Both the position numbers and the translations under genes were made by a program. Under the pieces are notes generated by a model that saw only the letters and a program-made list of their open reading frames with translations, made no database searches and had not been told where the DNA came from. Source: Lytechinus pictus (lineage: Eukaryota). Taken from it: 64,000 nucleotides of DNA. Shown in pieces: positions 1-13,000 of this stretch (position 1 is its first letter; each line of letters opens with the position of its first letter). Where the stretch lies: positions 13,454,001 to 13,518,000 of the forward strand of contig NC_087258.1 in assembly GCF_037042905.1 (NCBI RefSeq). The letters run 5' to 3'.

Positions 1-1019
1 TCACTACCTATGGTGCACAATGAAATCGCAATCATTTCGGTATTGATCGCCTGATTTCCCCCTTTCCCTTTTTCCCAATTCGCAGCCCGAACTTCATGGC
101 AAACTGATGACTAAAATTCAACATAAGCGAGTGTATTTTTGTCATCCACTGACAGTTTATATCTGGTTGCATGCCGAGTGTGGTAATCCCACCATCGTCA
201 TCTTGCAGAGGAAAAGATAACTTTTGATACATTAAGGGGATTAAGAAAATGTCGTTGATTGATCGCATTAGGTAAACTTGGCAATGAAATAGTTGTGTGT
301 CTATATCGGATTGTGTCCTCATTGAGAGTAGGGCATAAATCACTACTCCAATCCAGACAAAACAGTGGTCGCAGAGAATCTAGCGCTAGCAAATTCCATG
401 AAGTGAATCTAGATTGATTCGCGATTTAAAAGTCACTTCACATATAATTTTGAAGAACGCCCCCCCCCCTCCTCTTGGTCCGACACTGCACTGCATTGCA
501 CTAACTCTCCTGGTAATAACACACAACTTAATTTGAGTTTGGGTACAAAATATAAACGAAGAACATAAATACAACAGAAAATATTAAGAATGATTTAAGT
601 AAGTTGATATCTGGTTGTGGGTGTCTCAAAAATCTTAACTGGATTAAAAACTGGGTTCAAACAACATGGACAATATGACTGATATGCCGCTTGTTACTGA
701 ATAGGATAATAAAGAATATATAGATGTGGTAACGATTGGACACGGGGTGGACTGACACTGGAAGGTTATACCATGACATCAAACATATATAATGGAAAAA
801 AAAATGTATCAATATTAAGAAGGAAAGATACTTTTAGGAGATGCACAACCTGATAAAAAGGATACTTTACAAAGATACGTGTATCACACATTCAATAGGG
901 AGCTATTTTACATCACATTCAAGTCTTAGTGTGATGCCATAAATGCTGTTTTCCCCTTGTAAGAAACTGTACGTTCAGCCAAACACAATGCCCAGTAGGA
1001 AACCAATCCATATCCTTAC

Positions 1020-1286
1020 TTGATTATAGCCCTTTAGACTAACCAGTCTTTAGAGAAATCAAGAAAGAATCACTTGCCACAGGACATGCAGGGTCGAAAT
1101 TTCAGGTCGCGTCACCTACACATCTGAAGATAATTTACGTTACGTTGTAAGCAGAGACGTGGTGGTCGGTTATTGGAAAACGCGCTTCTGCAAACGAGAC
1201 CCCAAGAATATCATAATCACGAAAAACGATTAACTTTGAAATTCCAACTGCGCAATGTTATTGAAATCATTGTATTGATTTCCCTG
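1020..1286 (-). ncRNA. Candidate non-coding or 5' UTR exon
   Basis: gttttatttttcag|CAG (NAGNAG acceptor) ... CAA|gtaagg. Confidence 0.3.
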
Positions 1287-1311
1287 CTGAAAAATAAAAC
1301 AGTGTACGTAG

Positions 1312-1718
1312 TGTGTTAAATTGCCAATTCGTCCACCGCCTACTCGTCCACTCACCACATGGTCTATTTTCATTTAGTCTAATGCCATTCCGTCCATCAA
1401 CATTTCGTCTAACAAGCATTTGGTCCAATAACCTTTCGGTCCAATCACCATTCTGTCCATGACCATTTCGTCTCATAACCATTTGGTCTAATATCCATTT
1501 CATTTTCATTCATTTTGCACAATTAACACTTAGTCTAATCAAACCAACTGGTATATGGACTAAATGGCTATTGGACCCAATCGTTAATAGACGAAATGGT
1601 GAGAAGGTTAATGGACAATTAGATCATGTGGATAGTGGACGAACTGATGGTAGACCAGATGATAGTAGACGAATTGGCAATTGGACGAATTGGCACTAGA
1701 CGAATTGTAAACAAACCA
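1312..1718. mobile_element. Foldback MITE built from short ~15-bp subrepeats
   Basis: Left half ccaattcgtcca/catttggtcca units, right half tggacgaattgg units. Related copy at 57897-58271. Confidence 0.7.
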
Positions 1719-1935
1719 AAAGTGTGTCCATATATTGGTAAGATAATATGATACACACTATTAATGGGCTCAAAATTGATTGTGTGAAGACGATTCACGC
1801 TGTGGACAACAATACAGCGTTAGTGTTCACAATGTGTTCACACACTGTACTATGTAAAAATACGATTCAAGCTGCCAAAATGCTCAATTTAACCAATGTG
1901 ATGATGATTTCACAGTGTGTACGCAGCCCGGTACG

Positions 1936-2862
1936 TAGCCTCTTGTCGAGGCCCTGTCGGCTGCTTTTCGAGCGAACATGGCAAAGCAAGGGAGAGAGCG
2001 AAGCAGAGCGCCGCGAGACAGGGCCTCTTGACATCTGACCCGAATTTCACCGACTTTCTTTTGTTTTTTATTGTTTTTACCAATTCACCGACCAAAAACT
2101 GGTCGGTGAAAATCATCCAATGAGAGCGCGAGCTGCTATGACGTCATATTAAATATTTATGAGCTCATCTTGAATGGCGACCCTTGGATTCTTGGCGAAG
2201 AGTGACGACGAAATATCAAAGAGCGCTGAATATTACTCTAAAATGCTGAATATTGACCGATTTAAGGATTTGCAAGTCGATGAAATTAACTCTGCACTGA
2301 AAGGACGAGATGTCTTTGTAAATCTACCCACAGGATATGGAAAAAATGTAATATTTCATGCGATTCCACCGGTCGAACCGGGGCGTCGATTATCGATCTC
2401 CGCTGTGCAGTGCAGTGAGGGAAGCTGGGGTGGAGTTGCTGGGAGTTGACTCGAGTCTGACCAGCGGCTGAGCAGTATCTCCCGGGAAGTTTCGGGGCGG
2501 TGATGGGTCTGTTACGGCCAGTAGTAGTAGTAGTAGTAGTAGTAGTACCACTACTTGTAGCATTTTGCTGGTTATATCCCCTTTAGTGTCCCGCAATTAA
2601 ATGAATCTCCTGCAGAATAATGGACTACTATATTATAGTATTCCGAACCCAAAACGAAACAGCTCTGACATTTCATTGGTTTACTCGGTGACCGGTGATA
2701 TCATTACTCATGTATATTCATTAGGAAGACGTTCCCCATGAATATATAATTCAGGTCAGATGTCAAGAGGCCCTGGCTCGCGCCAGGCCTATTTCGCTTC
2801 GCGAATTAGGGAATCCCTCGCTTCGCTCGGGAAGCAGCCGCCAGGGCCTCGACAAGAGGCTA
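1936..2862. mobile_element. Non-autonomous AcademH-like DNA transposon (internal deletion derivative)
   Basis: Termini TAGCCTCTTGTCGAGGCCCTG...CAGGGCCTCGACAAGAGGCTA, plus a second inner inverted block (cagggcctcttgacatctgacc). Perfect 9-bp TSD CCCGGTACG at 1927-1935 and 2863-2871. Contains a RecQ-like helicase fragment. Confidence 0.85.
2174..2370 (+). pseudogene. Truncated RecQ-like SF2 helicase N-terminus inside the Academ element
   Basis: MATLGFLAKSDDEISKSAEYYSKMLNIDRFKDLQVDEINSALKGRDVFVNLPTGYGKNVIFHAIP: motif 0 (F..FKxLQ) plus GRDVFVxLPTGYGK Walker A. Similarity stops at about 2370. Confidence 0.8.
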
Positions 2863-2930
2863 CCCGGTACGCAGCGCGATGTACTCTGGTACAGTTTACT
2901 TCTCAGCAGGGCAATTTTGGCTGTTCCTTA

Positions 2931-3092
2931 TACCTTGGTCACATTTGTTCTACGGCGGCCGTACGGCGAGTCCAAAACGGTCGTTTTATTCATTGTTATC
3001 CAAACCAACTATATGTAGCTGGTACAAGAAATGTTAAAACGGCTGTTTTCAACTTGCCGTACGGCCGCCGTAGAACAAATGCGACCAAGGTA
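2931..3092. mobile_element. PIF/Harbinger-type MITE
   Basis: About 37-bp TIR taccttggtcacatttgttctacggcggccgtacggc; TTA TSD on both sides. Confidence 0.8.
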
Positions 3093-3116
3093 TTACACAT
3101 GAAATTGGAAATCAAA

Positions 3117-3533
3117 TCAATTGAAAACTGTGTTTCAGTAAGCAATCAAAGCGCGATTCACCCAACCCGATACATTCTTTGAAATGGTATTATCCGCTTA
3201 CGCAGTTGTCAATTTGGATTGATGAACGGCTAAAATTATGAATGGAGAAATAAAACTACTTCGAGCTAAGCGGGAAATAAACCTTTCCCCCCCAAAAAAA
3301 ATATCAAAGCCTATACCTCTTCCTCAATTGAAAACTGTGTTTCAGTAAGCAATCAAAGCGCGATTCACCCAACCCGATACATTCTTTGAAAGGGTATTAT
3401 CCGCTTACGCAGTTGTCAATTTGGATTGATGAACGGCTAAAATTATGAATGGAGAAATAAAACTACTTCGAGCTAAGCGGGAAATAAACCTTTCCCCCCA
3501 AAAAAAAATATCAAAGCCTATACCTCTTCCTCA
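3117..3533. repeat. 207-bp direct tandem duplication
   Basis: 3117-3323 is repeated at 3324-3530, nearly identical. Confidence 0.9.
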
Positions 3534-4116
3534 TTCATGGGATAGATTATGGACATCGTGATGGCCCAATCAAACAATAGGACCTACCCACTCACTGACA
3601 TGATATTCATCATCAGAAGCAAATTCCATAATTAAGACCTGCCCAAAAGGTATCAAATTTTATGAAATACCTCAATTGATAATTCGAGAGATTGCATATA
3701 AATGAGTTAATATTGTGGGATATACCATCATAGAAACGCGTCCTAGGCTTGGGTTATTCCGCATCAGTTAAAATAAGACTAAATATGACTATGAGGAACG
3801 TTTAAGCTGGGGTCAAGTCCACTTGCACTTGTGATATGTTAATTCTATGATCGGTGTCTGGATCCGCCAATTTTACTTTTCCCGACGGACATTCGACGTC
3901 ACGGACCATCGCTTAAAACTATACGGTATGTCGGCCAAGCGAAGAATTAGGAGCGCCGGCGCTCGAAGAGTCATGAGAGAGGAGCGCGAAAATATGACGA
4001 AAATTCGATTTTACACAACATTTGCGCTCTAAGTCAGACTACGTACTGCAGAAAGGAAGTCATATAGTGATCATTAAACTGAGAGTATCATAAACTGGAC
4101 ACAAATAATATCTTAC

Positions 4117-4202
4117 CTTTGCCTTGTTCTATCGATCGATGTTTCTCAGAGAGATGATCTGGAAATAGCTTTTAGGCATACCGCGGTGGCAAGGTCGCAA
4201 AC
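4117..4202 (-). ncRNA. Candidate non-coding or 5' UTR exon
   Basis: atttctag| ... AAG|gtaaga; stops in all three frames. Confidence 0.35.
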
Positions 4203-4461
4203 CTAGAAATCAATTTTTATAAGATGATAATCAAAGGGTCATAGTTCTTTGGACCTTATTTTCCTACTCCCATGATTGCTAAAGGATCGATGCTCACGAG
4301 ACATTAGAAGGGGATTAATTATATATATCTAGAACAGTGAATTTTTAAGATAACCGCTTGTGCCGGCTTGTTTTAAGACGAAATGTCACATTTCGAATAT
4401 GTTACATCTTGTAAATGTCACGATTCGAAAAAAGAAAAAAAAATCACTTTCTATGGCTCCC

Positions 4462-4643
4462 GGGGCCCGTTTCATAAAGATGTTCGTAAGTTAAGAGTGA
4501 TATTAAGAACGACTGGTGATCCGTTCTTGTGGTAAATGATATTAACCATTAACTGTTTATTGGAGATCATTTAGCGTGCAAGAAAGGGTCATCAGTCGTT
4601 CTTAAAGTCGCTTTTAAATTACGAACAGCTTTATGAAACACCC
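4462..4643. mobile_element. Palindromic MITE
   Basis: gtttcataaag.tgttcgtaa ... ttacgaacagctttatgaaac inverted ends. Confidence 0.65.
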
Positions 4644-5385
4644 ACCAATTAGCAACTTCAAATTTAATCCATATCAAACCATATAGACCTTCTTCATGTT
4701 ACCCACGTAAATCTGACTCATGGTGGTGGCATTGTATCACTTGCTTTATCATCATACCTTTACACAAAATTGACACACATGGTAGATATAAATTTCATTC
4801 AAAATTAGGGAATATAATGCAACATAATGAACAAAAACCTCTCCAAAACAAAAACAATTTACAATATCAAGTATATATTTAATTCGAGGTTCTAAACCCA
4901 ATAGAGTATTCAAAGAACACTTCTATAATACATTCTTCCCCATCAGAACCTGTTGAGGCACTAGAGTGTTTGAGAGTGCGTGATCGTAGAGACCGCTTGG
5001 AAGAAAGAGAGATGGAGGGGAGAAAAGGAGAGGGGTGAAATTGATTCGGTAACCCTATCCCATTCTTCAGGGGTGTCAGCTTTCCTTTGAGAGAGCTACT
5101 CATGGTGCGTAGCGCGCGTCATCTCGAGTGTTTCTACTTGGAAGGGAGACGAATTGCGGATAAAAAAGGATGCGGAGAAGAAAGATGGAGAGGGGGTCGG
5201 TTGCTACGCAACGGGCAAGCATTTATCAAGAAAGGGATGGCGGCTTCGTCTCTGTCAATAGATCTCAGCCTATCATCGCCCGTCTATGATTTGGTCTGAC
5301 GTGTAAGAAAGGCAACACCAAACGTTTTAGCACAATGGTGACAAGCCTTCCCATGCATAGGATATCACATGTATCAACTTACATC

Positions 5386-5656
5386 TGGACCCCGTCTTAC
5401 AAAGAGCTACGATTGATCCAATCAATCGTTACTCTATGGAAATCCACCGATGTCATAATTTTTCTACAGGATTTTTGCACAATGTCTTTTGTAAACAAAG
5501 AGAAGGACGGTGAATTTTCAAGAAAACAATGAATGCATGAATATACATCATAGTTAGAAAATATTTGAATAAACATGCATAATAAAAGTTGACGTTGCTG
5601 ACCGTCCATAGTTGTGATTGATCGGATTAATCGTAACTCTTTATAAGACGGGGCCC
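5386..5656. mobile_element. MITE (inverted copy at 56088-56351)
   Basis: ccccgtcttacaaagag...ctctttataagacggggcc TIRs. Confidence 0.7.
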
Positions 5657-8656
5657 TATAGTACGGAACTAGTAATCCAATTATGCAAATATTGCACTAA
5701 TGTTTCTTAAGAGACACCGTAAGATATAATAATAAAAACAATAATAACGGTACATTTACTCAGGGTAGCCACTTCAGTTACGAAAACAGTTCTCCCAGCG
5801 GGCCCTGCTATTATTATTATATGAGTTTGTTTTAACTCTCATTTCAGATTAGAGTTATAAGATTGTTCCTTGAATAATTACAGTGTTTGTGAGTTAAATG
5901 CGAATATATATTTTTTAAATGAATAGTATTTAAATATGCGAATCGCTTTGCGCCCTGATGAAGTTTTCAAGATACCCAGCATGTCCAGTGATTGAACGCC
6001 TATACACATGTCAAGTACTGATCTGTACTTATCCTATGTGTAGTATTTGTAATATAATAATAATAATATAATTACTGACTGACCAGAACGGCAAACAATG
6101 CAGTATTTCAAAAGACTCTTTTGCCAAAGTTGTGAACAGCTCGATATTAAATCCGGATAAACCCATGATTATTCTTTTTTAAACATTAAGTTACTTTCTA
6201 CAATTCGTATCCGATTGATATTTTGAGCCCTTGAGGCAACATCGAATTTTTGTAACTCAACATAGGGGAGGGACTAACGATTATTATGCTCCTGTTCAGA
6301 TCATTGAAAAGAAATGGTTACGATTTTATCTGTTATGACTCAATGGCCGCGAAAATGTGTCTAATCTAATTCCTGAAGCTCCCTATCCCAACATCCCAAC
6401 ACTCTTTCTTTTCTTTCACTTTTGTTCTCCATCGTTTTCCTAAATTGGTGGAACAATGGCTCGAGAACGTTTCAGGAAGCTTTTTAACACCGAAAGTGTA
6501 ATTTGCTGATTAGCCATAACAGTACTTCTCAGACAACATCATAAAGTGCACTGTAAATTGTCAGTAAATATAAAATATCAGCATTATACCAACGATGGCG
6601 GCTCTGTAAATACCATGACATAGCCTTGCTATCTACACGGTCTAGCGCGCGCGAACCCCAGTACGCGCATGCAGTTCTGAAACTGTAATCCAGAAGGCAG
6701 GCCAAAAATAATTGAGAAACAAAAGAATATCCGTGGTAGGAGTGCACTATCTACGACCACTACGACCCACATGTGTTGACTTACGAGTGACGTCACAACG
6801 ACAAACTCCTCTTAATATAACAGTTGCCGGAAGCACAAAGCTTCATAACACCTCTTTAATTAGTGAAGTCAAAGCACTCATCTCAATCGCAAAAAGGAAA
6901 ACATGATATACCGTCTTCCCACTAACACTGCAAATGCCACAGTTACACCAACGAAATCGATTCCAGACCGAACGATGAAATACCATTGGAATGGCGTAAT
7001 ATCTTTGATTGGTTTGTGATCGGTTTCATTGGTGGGACTGGCACAACCCAGTGAAAGCCGACCTATCGTGTTTATTGCATTTTGTACATCACCTTTTCTC
7101 TCTCTATCATCCAATATTTCTATTTTCCAGCTCCTCACCCAGCCTTTCCCTGTATTAGTCTAGATTTAAGGAGTCCAGCCATTGTGTAGCCCTTGGCTAT
7201 TCTAATATCGAATCTCGCTGGACTCTCGATTCAGCTTCAACCTGTTAGTTCAGTGTCTTGCATGGTCTCGTACCGATGGCCTGTTGCCTTTAGTCCGGGG
7301 GCTGGGAGAGTTTATTCAGCTGATCGGGTACAAAAGGTTTGATGGTCCCATCATGTTGGCATGAAAGCAGTGATTAAGGAAAAGTGTTGCTGCCGAGCCA
7401 TATCCTGTACGGAAGGCCCTGATGGCCCCAAATAGGGGCCCCAAAAATTGGTTTATTCAGCTGAAAAGGTACATGGCTAATTCTTTTTGCAATGGACCGA
7501 GTATACATTGAGATTTCAAAAAATACCCATGCCAGCAACTTTATCCTGTACGGAGGCCCAGACAGTAGGCCCAAAGGGCCCCCCGAAAATGGGTTCATTC
7601 AGCTGAATAGGTACAAGGCTAATTCTTTTTGCAATGGACCGAGTATACATTGGGATTTCCCAAAACACCCATGCCAGCAACTTTATCCTGTACGGGGGCC
7701 CAGACAGTGGCCCAAAAGTGCCCATATATCCTGTATATGTCCCACAACTAATTTATTAAGCTAAAAATGTACATGGATAACTCCTTTTGCAATGGAGGCA
7801 GTATACATTGGGATTTTCAAAAATACCCATGCCAGCAATTTTATCCTGTACGGGGGCTCAGACAGTAGGCCCAAAGGGCCCCCCGAAAATGGGTTTATTC
7901 AGCTGAAAAGGTACATGGCTAATTCATTTTGCAATGGACCGAGAATATATTGGGATTTCCCAAAATACCGATGCAAGCAACTTTATCCTGTACGGGGGCC
8001 CAGCTAGTAGCCCCAAAGTGCCCATATCTCCTGTATAATATGTTCCACAACTAATTTATGAAGCTAAAAATGTACATGGGTAATTCCTTTTGCAATGGAG
8101 GCAGTACACATTGGGATTTTCTAAAATACTCATGCCAGCAATTTTATCCCGTATAGGGGCCCAGACAGTAGGCCCGAAGGGCCCCCGAAAATGTGGTTAT
8201 TCAGCTGAAAAGGTACATTGCTAATTCCTTTTTAAAATGGAATCTGCATACTTTAAGGCTCACAAAACTACCCATGCAAGCAATTTACCCTATACGGGGG
8301 CCCAGACAGTAGCCCCAAAGTGCCCGTATGCCCCACAACTAATTTATTCAGCTGAAAATGTACATGGATAATTCCTTTTGAAATGGAGGCAGTATACAAT
8401 GCGATTTAAAAAGAAAAAAAAGAACCCATGCCACAACTTCATCCTGTAAAGGGGCCCAGACGGTAGGCCCGAAGGGCCTCCGAGAATAGGGTTCAGCTAA
8501 AAAGGTACATGGCTAATTCTTTTTAAAATGGAATCTGCATACTTTAAGGCTCACAAAACTACCTATGCCAGCTTTTTTACCCTGCCATGGGCAGCATTTT
8601 ACCTGTGTGGGATTTAAAACAGAATTCATGCAGGGCCCATTAGAATGGTGTCTTAT

Positions 8657-8658
<2 letters not shown>

Positions 8659-8718
<60 letters not shown>
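8659..8718. repeat. (AT)n microsatellite
   Basis: About 30 AT units. Confidence 0.95.
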
Positions 8719-8721
<3 letters not shown>

Positions 8722-9429
8722 GATAGAGAAGGGGAGAAAAATGATAACTGGATAAAGGTAAGTGATTGAGGAAACAGAAGGATATAAAGGCGATCATATA
8801 ATAGGGGGAAAGGAAAGGATAATAAAAAATGTATTTTTGTTTGACAAAAGCCCTTGCCGTCTCGTATAAAATAAAAAAATAAATAAAAGGTAATTGGGAA
8901 ATATAGTTGGGTTTTGGAAGCTGAAGCAGCATCGTCCCTTAAATGGCGACGCACAGGATTATGAGGGATAAAAGAGGAATATAACAAGAAAGCGGGAAGA
9001 AGTTTTGAAAATATATAAACGTGGAAATAGAAAGAAAACTAACCGAAATGAGAAAAAGAGGAGAATTCGCAAATACCACACCTTTCATAAATCAAAATAA
9101 GCTTTTATTCCGGCCTTTAACTATCATCACCAAAAGGAATAAATGTTAGTATTAGGCACACGGCAATATACTCCTGTAGCCCTTGTTGTGATGATTACAA
9201 ACCACCTCGCTTCGCTCGCCCACATATTGATATTATACCGACTTCAGTAACTGAGAAAACTGTTATAATATAGGTATTTAATAATTGTCATAGGCTTAAC
9301 AAGAAAGATGGTAATGTTAGCCAGGTACATGCTTATATTTTCCCGTGTTTTGGCTGTCCCCCAAATTTTGAATTTAATCTCAATATTTCTATGATCACCC
9401 ACTGCTAGGACCGGATCTACGTCACTGGC

Positions 9430-10010
9430 AAATGAGAGGAAATGAGAAGGAAAAGAAGAGGGGGGAGGGAAAAGGTGAGGGGCTATGGGAAAAGGGAGCC
9501 GGAGAGGAAAGAAGTGAAGGGAAAAGAGGGGGAAAAGAGCGGGAGAAGGGAAAGGGACTGAGGGAGAGGAGAAAGGGAGAGCGGAAAGGACAGGAAGTGG
9601 AAAAGAAAGAAGAAAGTAAGGGGGAAGAAATGGAGGAAATAGAAAACGAAAAGAGATTAGAGGAGGGGAGAGAAAAGGAAAGGGAGGAAAGAGAGAAAAT
9701 GAGAAGGGGCATGTAGATGGGAGAGAGTGTGAAGGGGACAAAGAGAAAGAATGAGAAGGAAAGAGTGAAGAGGGGAGAGAAAAGGAATGGGGAAGATAAA
9801 AAAAAGGAGAGAAAAGGAAGGGAGAGAGAGAAGGAAACTGGGAGAGACTAAAGAAAAGGGAGAGTGAAAAAAATAGAGAAAAGAGGGAAGGGGAAGGGAA
9901 GAGAAATAGGAAATATAAAAACTAGGAGATACAGGAAGAACATAATAAAAGATAGAGAAAATGAGAAAAAGGATAATTAGATTAAGGAAATTGATTGAGG
10001 AAACATCCAT
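9430..10010. repeat. Polypurine (GA-rich) low-complexity tract
   Basis: Almost entirely G/A on the + strand; source of several spurious ORFs. Confidence 0.85.
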
Positions 10011-13000
10011 GATATAGAGACGATCATAATGATACTAGGGAAAAGAGAAATGAATAACAGTAAATGGAAGAAATGATTCTTTTAACAAAAGCCCTTGCCG
10101 TCTCGTAAAAAAAAATTGAAAAGGGAAATATATGGGAAGATGAAGTAGGATCTTGGAAGCTGAAGCAGCCTCGTACCTTTGATGGCGACACAAAGGATAA
10201 TGAGGGATAAAAAGAGGAAAATAACAAGAAAGGAGGAAGAAGTTTTTAAAAATACATAGAAGTGGAAATGGAAAGAGAATTAACCAAAAATATCACACCT
10301 TTCAGGTTAATAAATTAAAATACTATTTTACTATATTCGGGCCTTTAACTGTAATCATCAAAAGTGATGATAGTATTAGGCACACGGCAAACTACTCCCA
10401 TATCCATAGCACTTGTTGTGATAATGACAATTCACTTGAAAGAGGTATTTGGGGATACGCAATTCTGCGCACTCGCTTCGCTCGCTACTGCGACTGTCAT
10501 TATTTCAGTTCAAGAAAAAAATATGCATGTTTCAATCTATTTTGTAAACCCTCACTTATAATGTAGTCATGTAAATAATTATCCCTCTATGTATTTAGCC
10601 CAGTAAATCAAGTGTGGTATTTCCGCCAGTTCCAAGCATATATTCGATATCCCCAAATGAAACTACATGTATAGGCCTATATATTGCACACTGGGCCCCT
10701 TTCAGGCATATATTACTGGAAATAAGGACCAAGGTATACTGATTACACTACAAAATTAATTATCCATGTACTAGTATATCCTATTATCCTAGGGACTTTT
10801 AGGGTTGACTGCATGTCTGGGCCTTATACAGAATAAACTTGATGGCATTGGCATGATTGGTATCTTTTAAAAACCTTAGCTGAGTGCATACAAATTCCAT
10901 CCAAAAAAGTTATATCCATGTATCACTTCTGCCGAAAAAAAATTGGTTGTTAGACATCTGTTTCCTTTTTGGCTGCTATCTGGACCCCCATACAGGGTAA
11001 ATTTGCTGGAATTGACAATTATCCATGTATGTCTTCAGCCTAAAATACACTTTTTGGGGAGGGGCACTATGGGGCTACTGTCTGGACCCCCGTACAGGAT
11101 AAAGTTGCTGGAATGTGTATTTTTGTGAGCCTTAAAGTATGCAGATTCCATTTCAAAAAATAATTGACCATGTACCTTTTCAGCTGAATAACCCAATTTT
11201 TGGCGGCACTTTGGGCCTACTGTCTGGGCCCCGTATACAGGATTAAGTTGCTGGCATGGGTATTTTTGAAAATCCCATTGCATACTGCCTCAATTACAAA
11301 AGGAATTATCCATGTACATTCTAGCTGAATAAATTAGTTGTGGGGCATATTGGCACTATGGGGCTACTGTCTGGGCCCCCGTACAGGGTAAAGTTGCTGG
11401 CATGAGTAGTTTTGTGAGCCTTAAAGTATGCAGATTCCATTTTAAAAAGAATTAGCCATGTACCCTTTCAGCTGAACAACCCCATTTTCGGGGGCCCTTC
11501 GGGCCTACTGTTTGGGCCCCGTACAGGATGAAGTTGCTGGCATGAGTTTTTCTTTACAAACCGCATTGTATACTGCATCCATTTCAAAAGAAATTATCCG
11601 TGTACGTTTTCAGCTGAATAAATTAGTTGTGGGACATATATGGGCACTTTGGGGCTACTGACTGGGCCCCCGTACAGGATAAAATTGCTGGCGTGTGTAT
11701 TTTTAAAAATCCCAATGTATACTGCCTCCATTGCAAAAGGAATTATCCATATACATTTTTAGCTTAATAAATTTGTTGTGGGACATATACAGGATATATG
11801 GGCACTTTGGGGCTACTGTCTGGGCCCCCGTACAGGATAAAGTTGCTGGCATGGGTATTTTGGGAAATCCCAATATATACTCGGTCCATTGCAAAAAGAA
11901 TTAGCCATGTACCTTTTCAGCTGAATAAACCCATTTTCGGGGGGCCCTTTAGGCCTACTGTCTGGGCCCCAGTACAGGATACAATTGCTGGCATGGGTAT
12001 TTTTGAAAATCCCAATGTACACTGCCTCCATTGCAAAAGGAATTATCCATATACATTTTTAGCTGAATAAACTAGTTGTGGGACATATACAGGATATATG
12101 GGCACTTTGGGGCTACTGTCTGGGCCCCCGTACAGGATAAAATTGCTGGCATGGGTATTTTTGGAAATCCCGATGTTTACTCAGTCCATTACAAAAAGAA
12201 TTAGCCATGTACCTTTTCAGCTAAATAAACCCATGTTCGGGGGGCCCTTTGGGCCTACTGTCTGGGCCCCCGTACAGGATAAAGTTGCTGGCATGGGTAT
12301 TTTTTAAAATCTCAATGTATACTCGGTCCATTGCAAAAAGAATTAGCCATGTACCTTTCAGCTGAATAAACACATTTTTGGGGCCCCTATTTGGGGCCAT
12401 CAGGGCCTTCCGTACAGGATATGGCCCGGCAGCAACACTTTTCCTTAATCACTGCCTTCATGCCAACATGATGGGACCATCAAACCTTTTGTACCCGATC
12501 AGCTGAATAAACTCTCCCAGCCCCCGGACTACTTGTCTAATATACGAAGTGCATCTTGTGATAATAACCCCGCTTTGCTCATCGCTCAGTTCCTTCAAGA
12601 GGAAATAAGGAGGGTAACATAATGAAAACAATTCACCCGACGGTTTCCGTATTACGATCAAATAGAATAAAAGGTCGATGTTTAAATTAATTAGCAGCGG
12701 CTTCCAGCAAAGATGGAACACATGTTGGAGTAGCATCCTTCGGGGGGGAGCTCTCGATGCCGTGTAAATACGACTGTTATTCGGATTCAGCCATTGTTTC
12801 GTGACCTAGTATTTCAAAAATGACATTTAAAAAGTTGAATGAACCAGAATTTTTAAAGCTCTTTATAGGTACTTCGTTCGCAAACATATTTTCCCTATCT
12901 ATCCAATATTTACAGATATTTGAAAAATACTAATTGAATCAGGAGACATTGGCAAGAGAAAATAAAGTAACCAGAACGTCGATCCCCTCCTTTCTTGTTA

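Larger units (their letters stand above)
7291..12531. mobile_element. Foldback-type DNA transposon (probably non-autonomous Academ) with very long, tandemly repetitive TIRs
   Basis: Ends TAGTCCGGGGGCTGGGAGAG...CTCTCCCAGCCCCCGGACTA are near-perfect inverted copies, with a 3-bp TSD CTT (7288-7290, 12532-12534). Arms (7291-~8600 and ~10800-12531) are inverted arrays of 140-160-bp units. No transposase ORF inside. Confidence 0.85.

Noticed and set aside
7400-8600. CRISPR-like appearance of the regular repeats (also the peptide repeats at 35940-36370)
   Set aside because: Eukaryotic context, no unique spacers and no cas genes. These are tandem repeats and a coding peptide array.
9244-10010. F/S/P-rich and E/K/G-rich ORFs (also at 33317-33793 and 41862-42215)
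   Set aside because: Artefacts of polypurine/polypyrimidine simple repeats.
7374-12307. Repeated ORFs such as GPPYRIKLLAWVF
   Set aside because: These are translations of the satellite-like TIR units.
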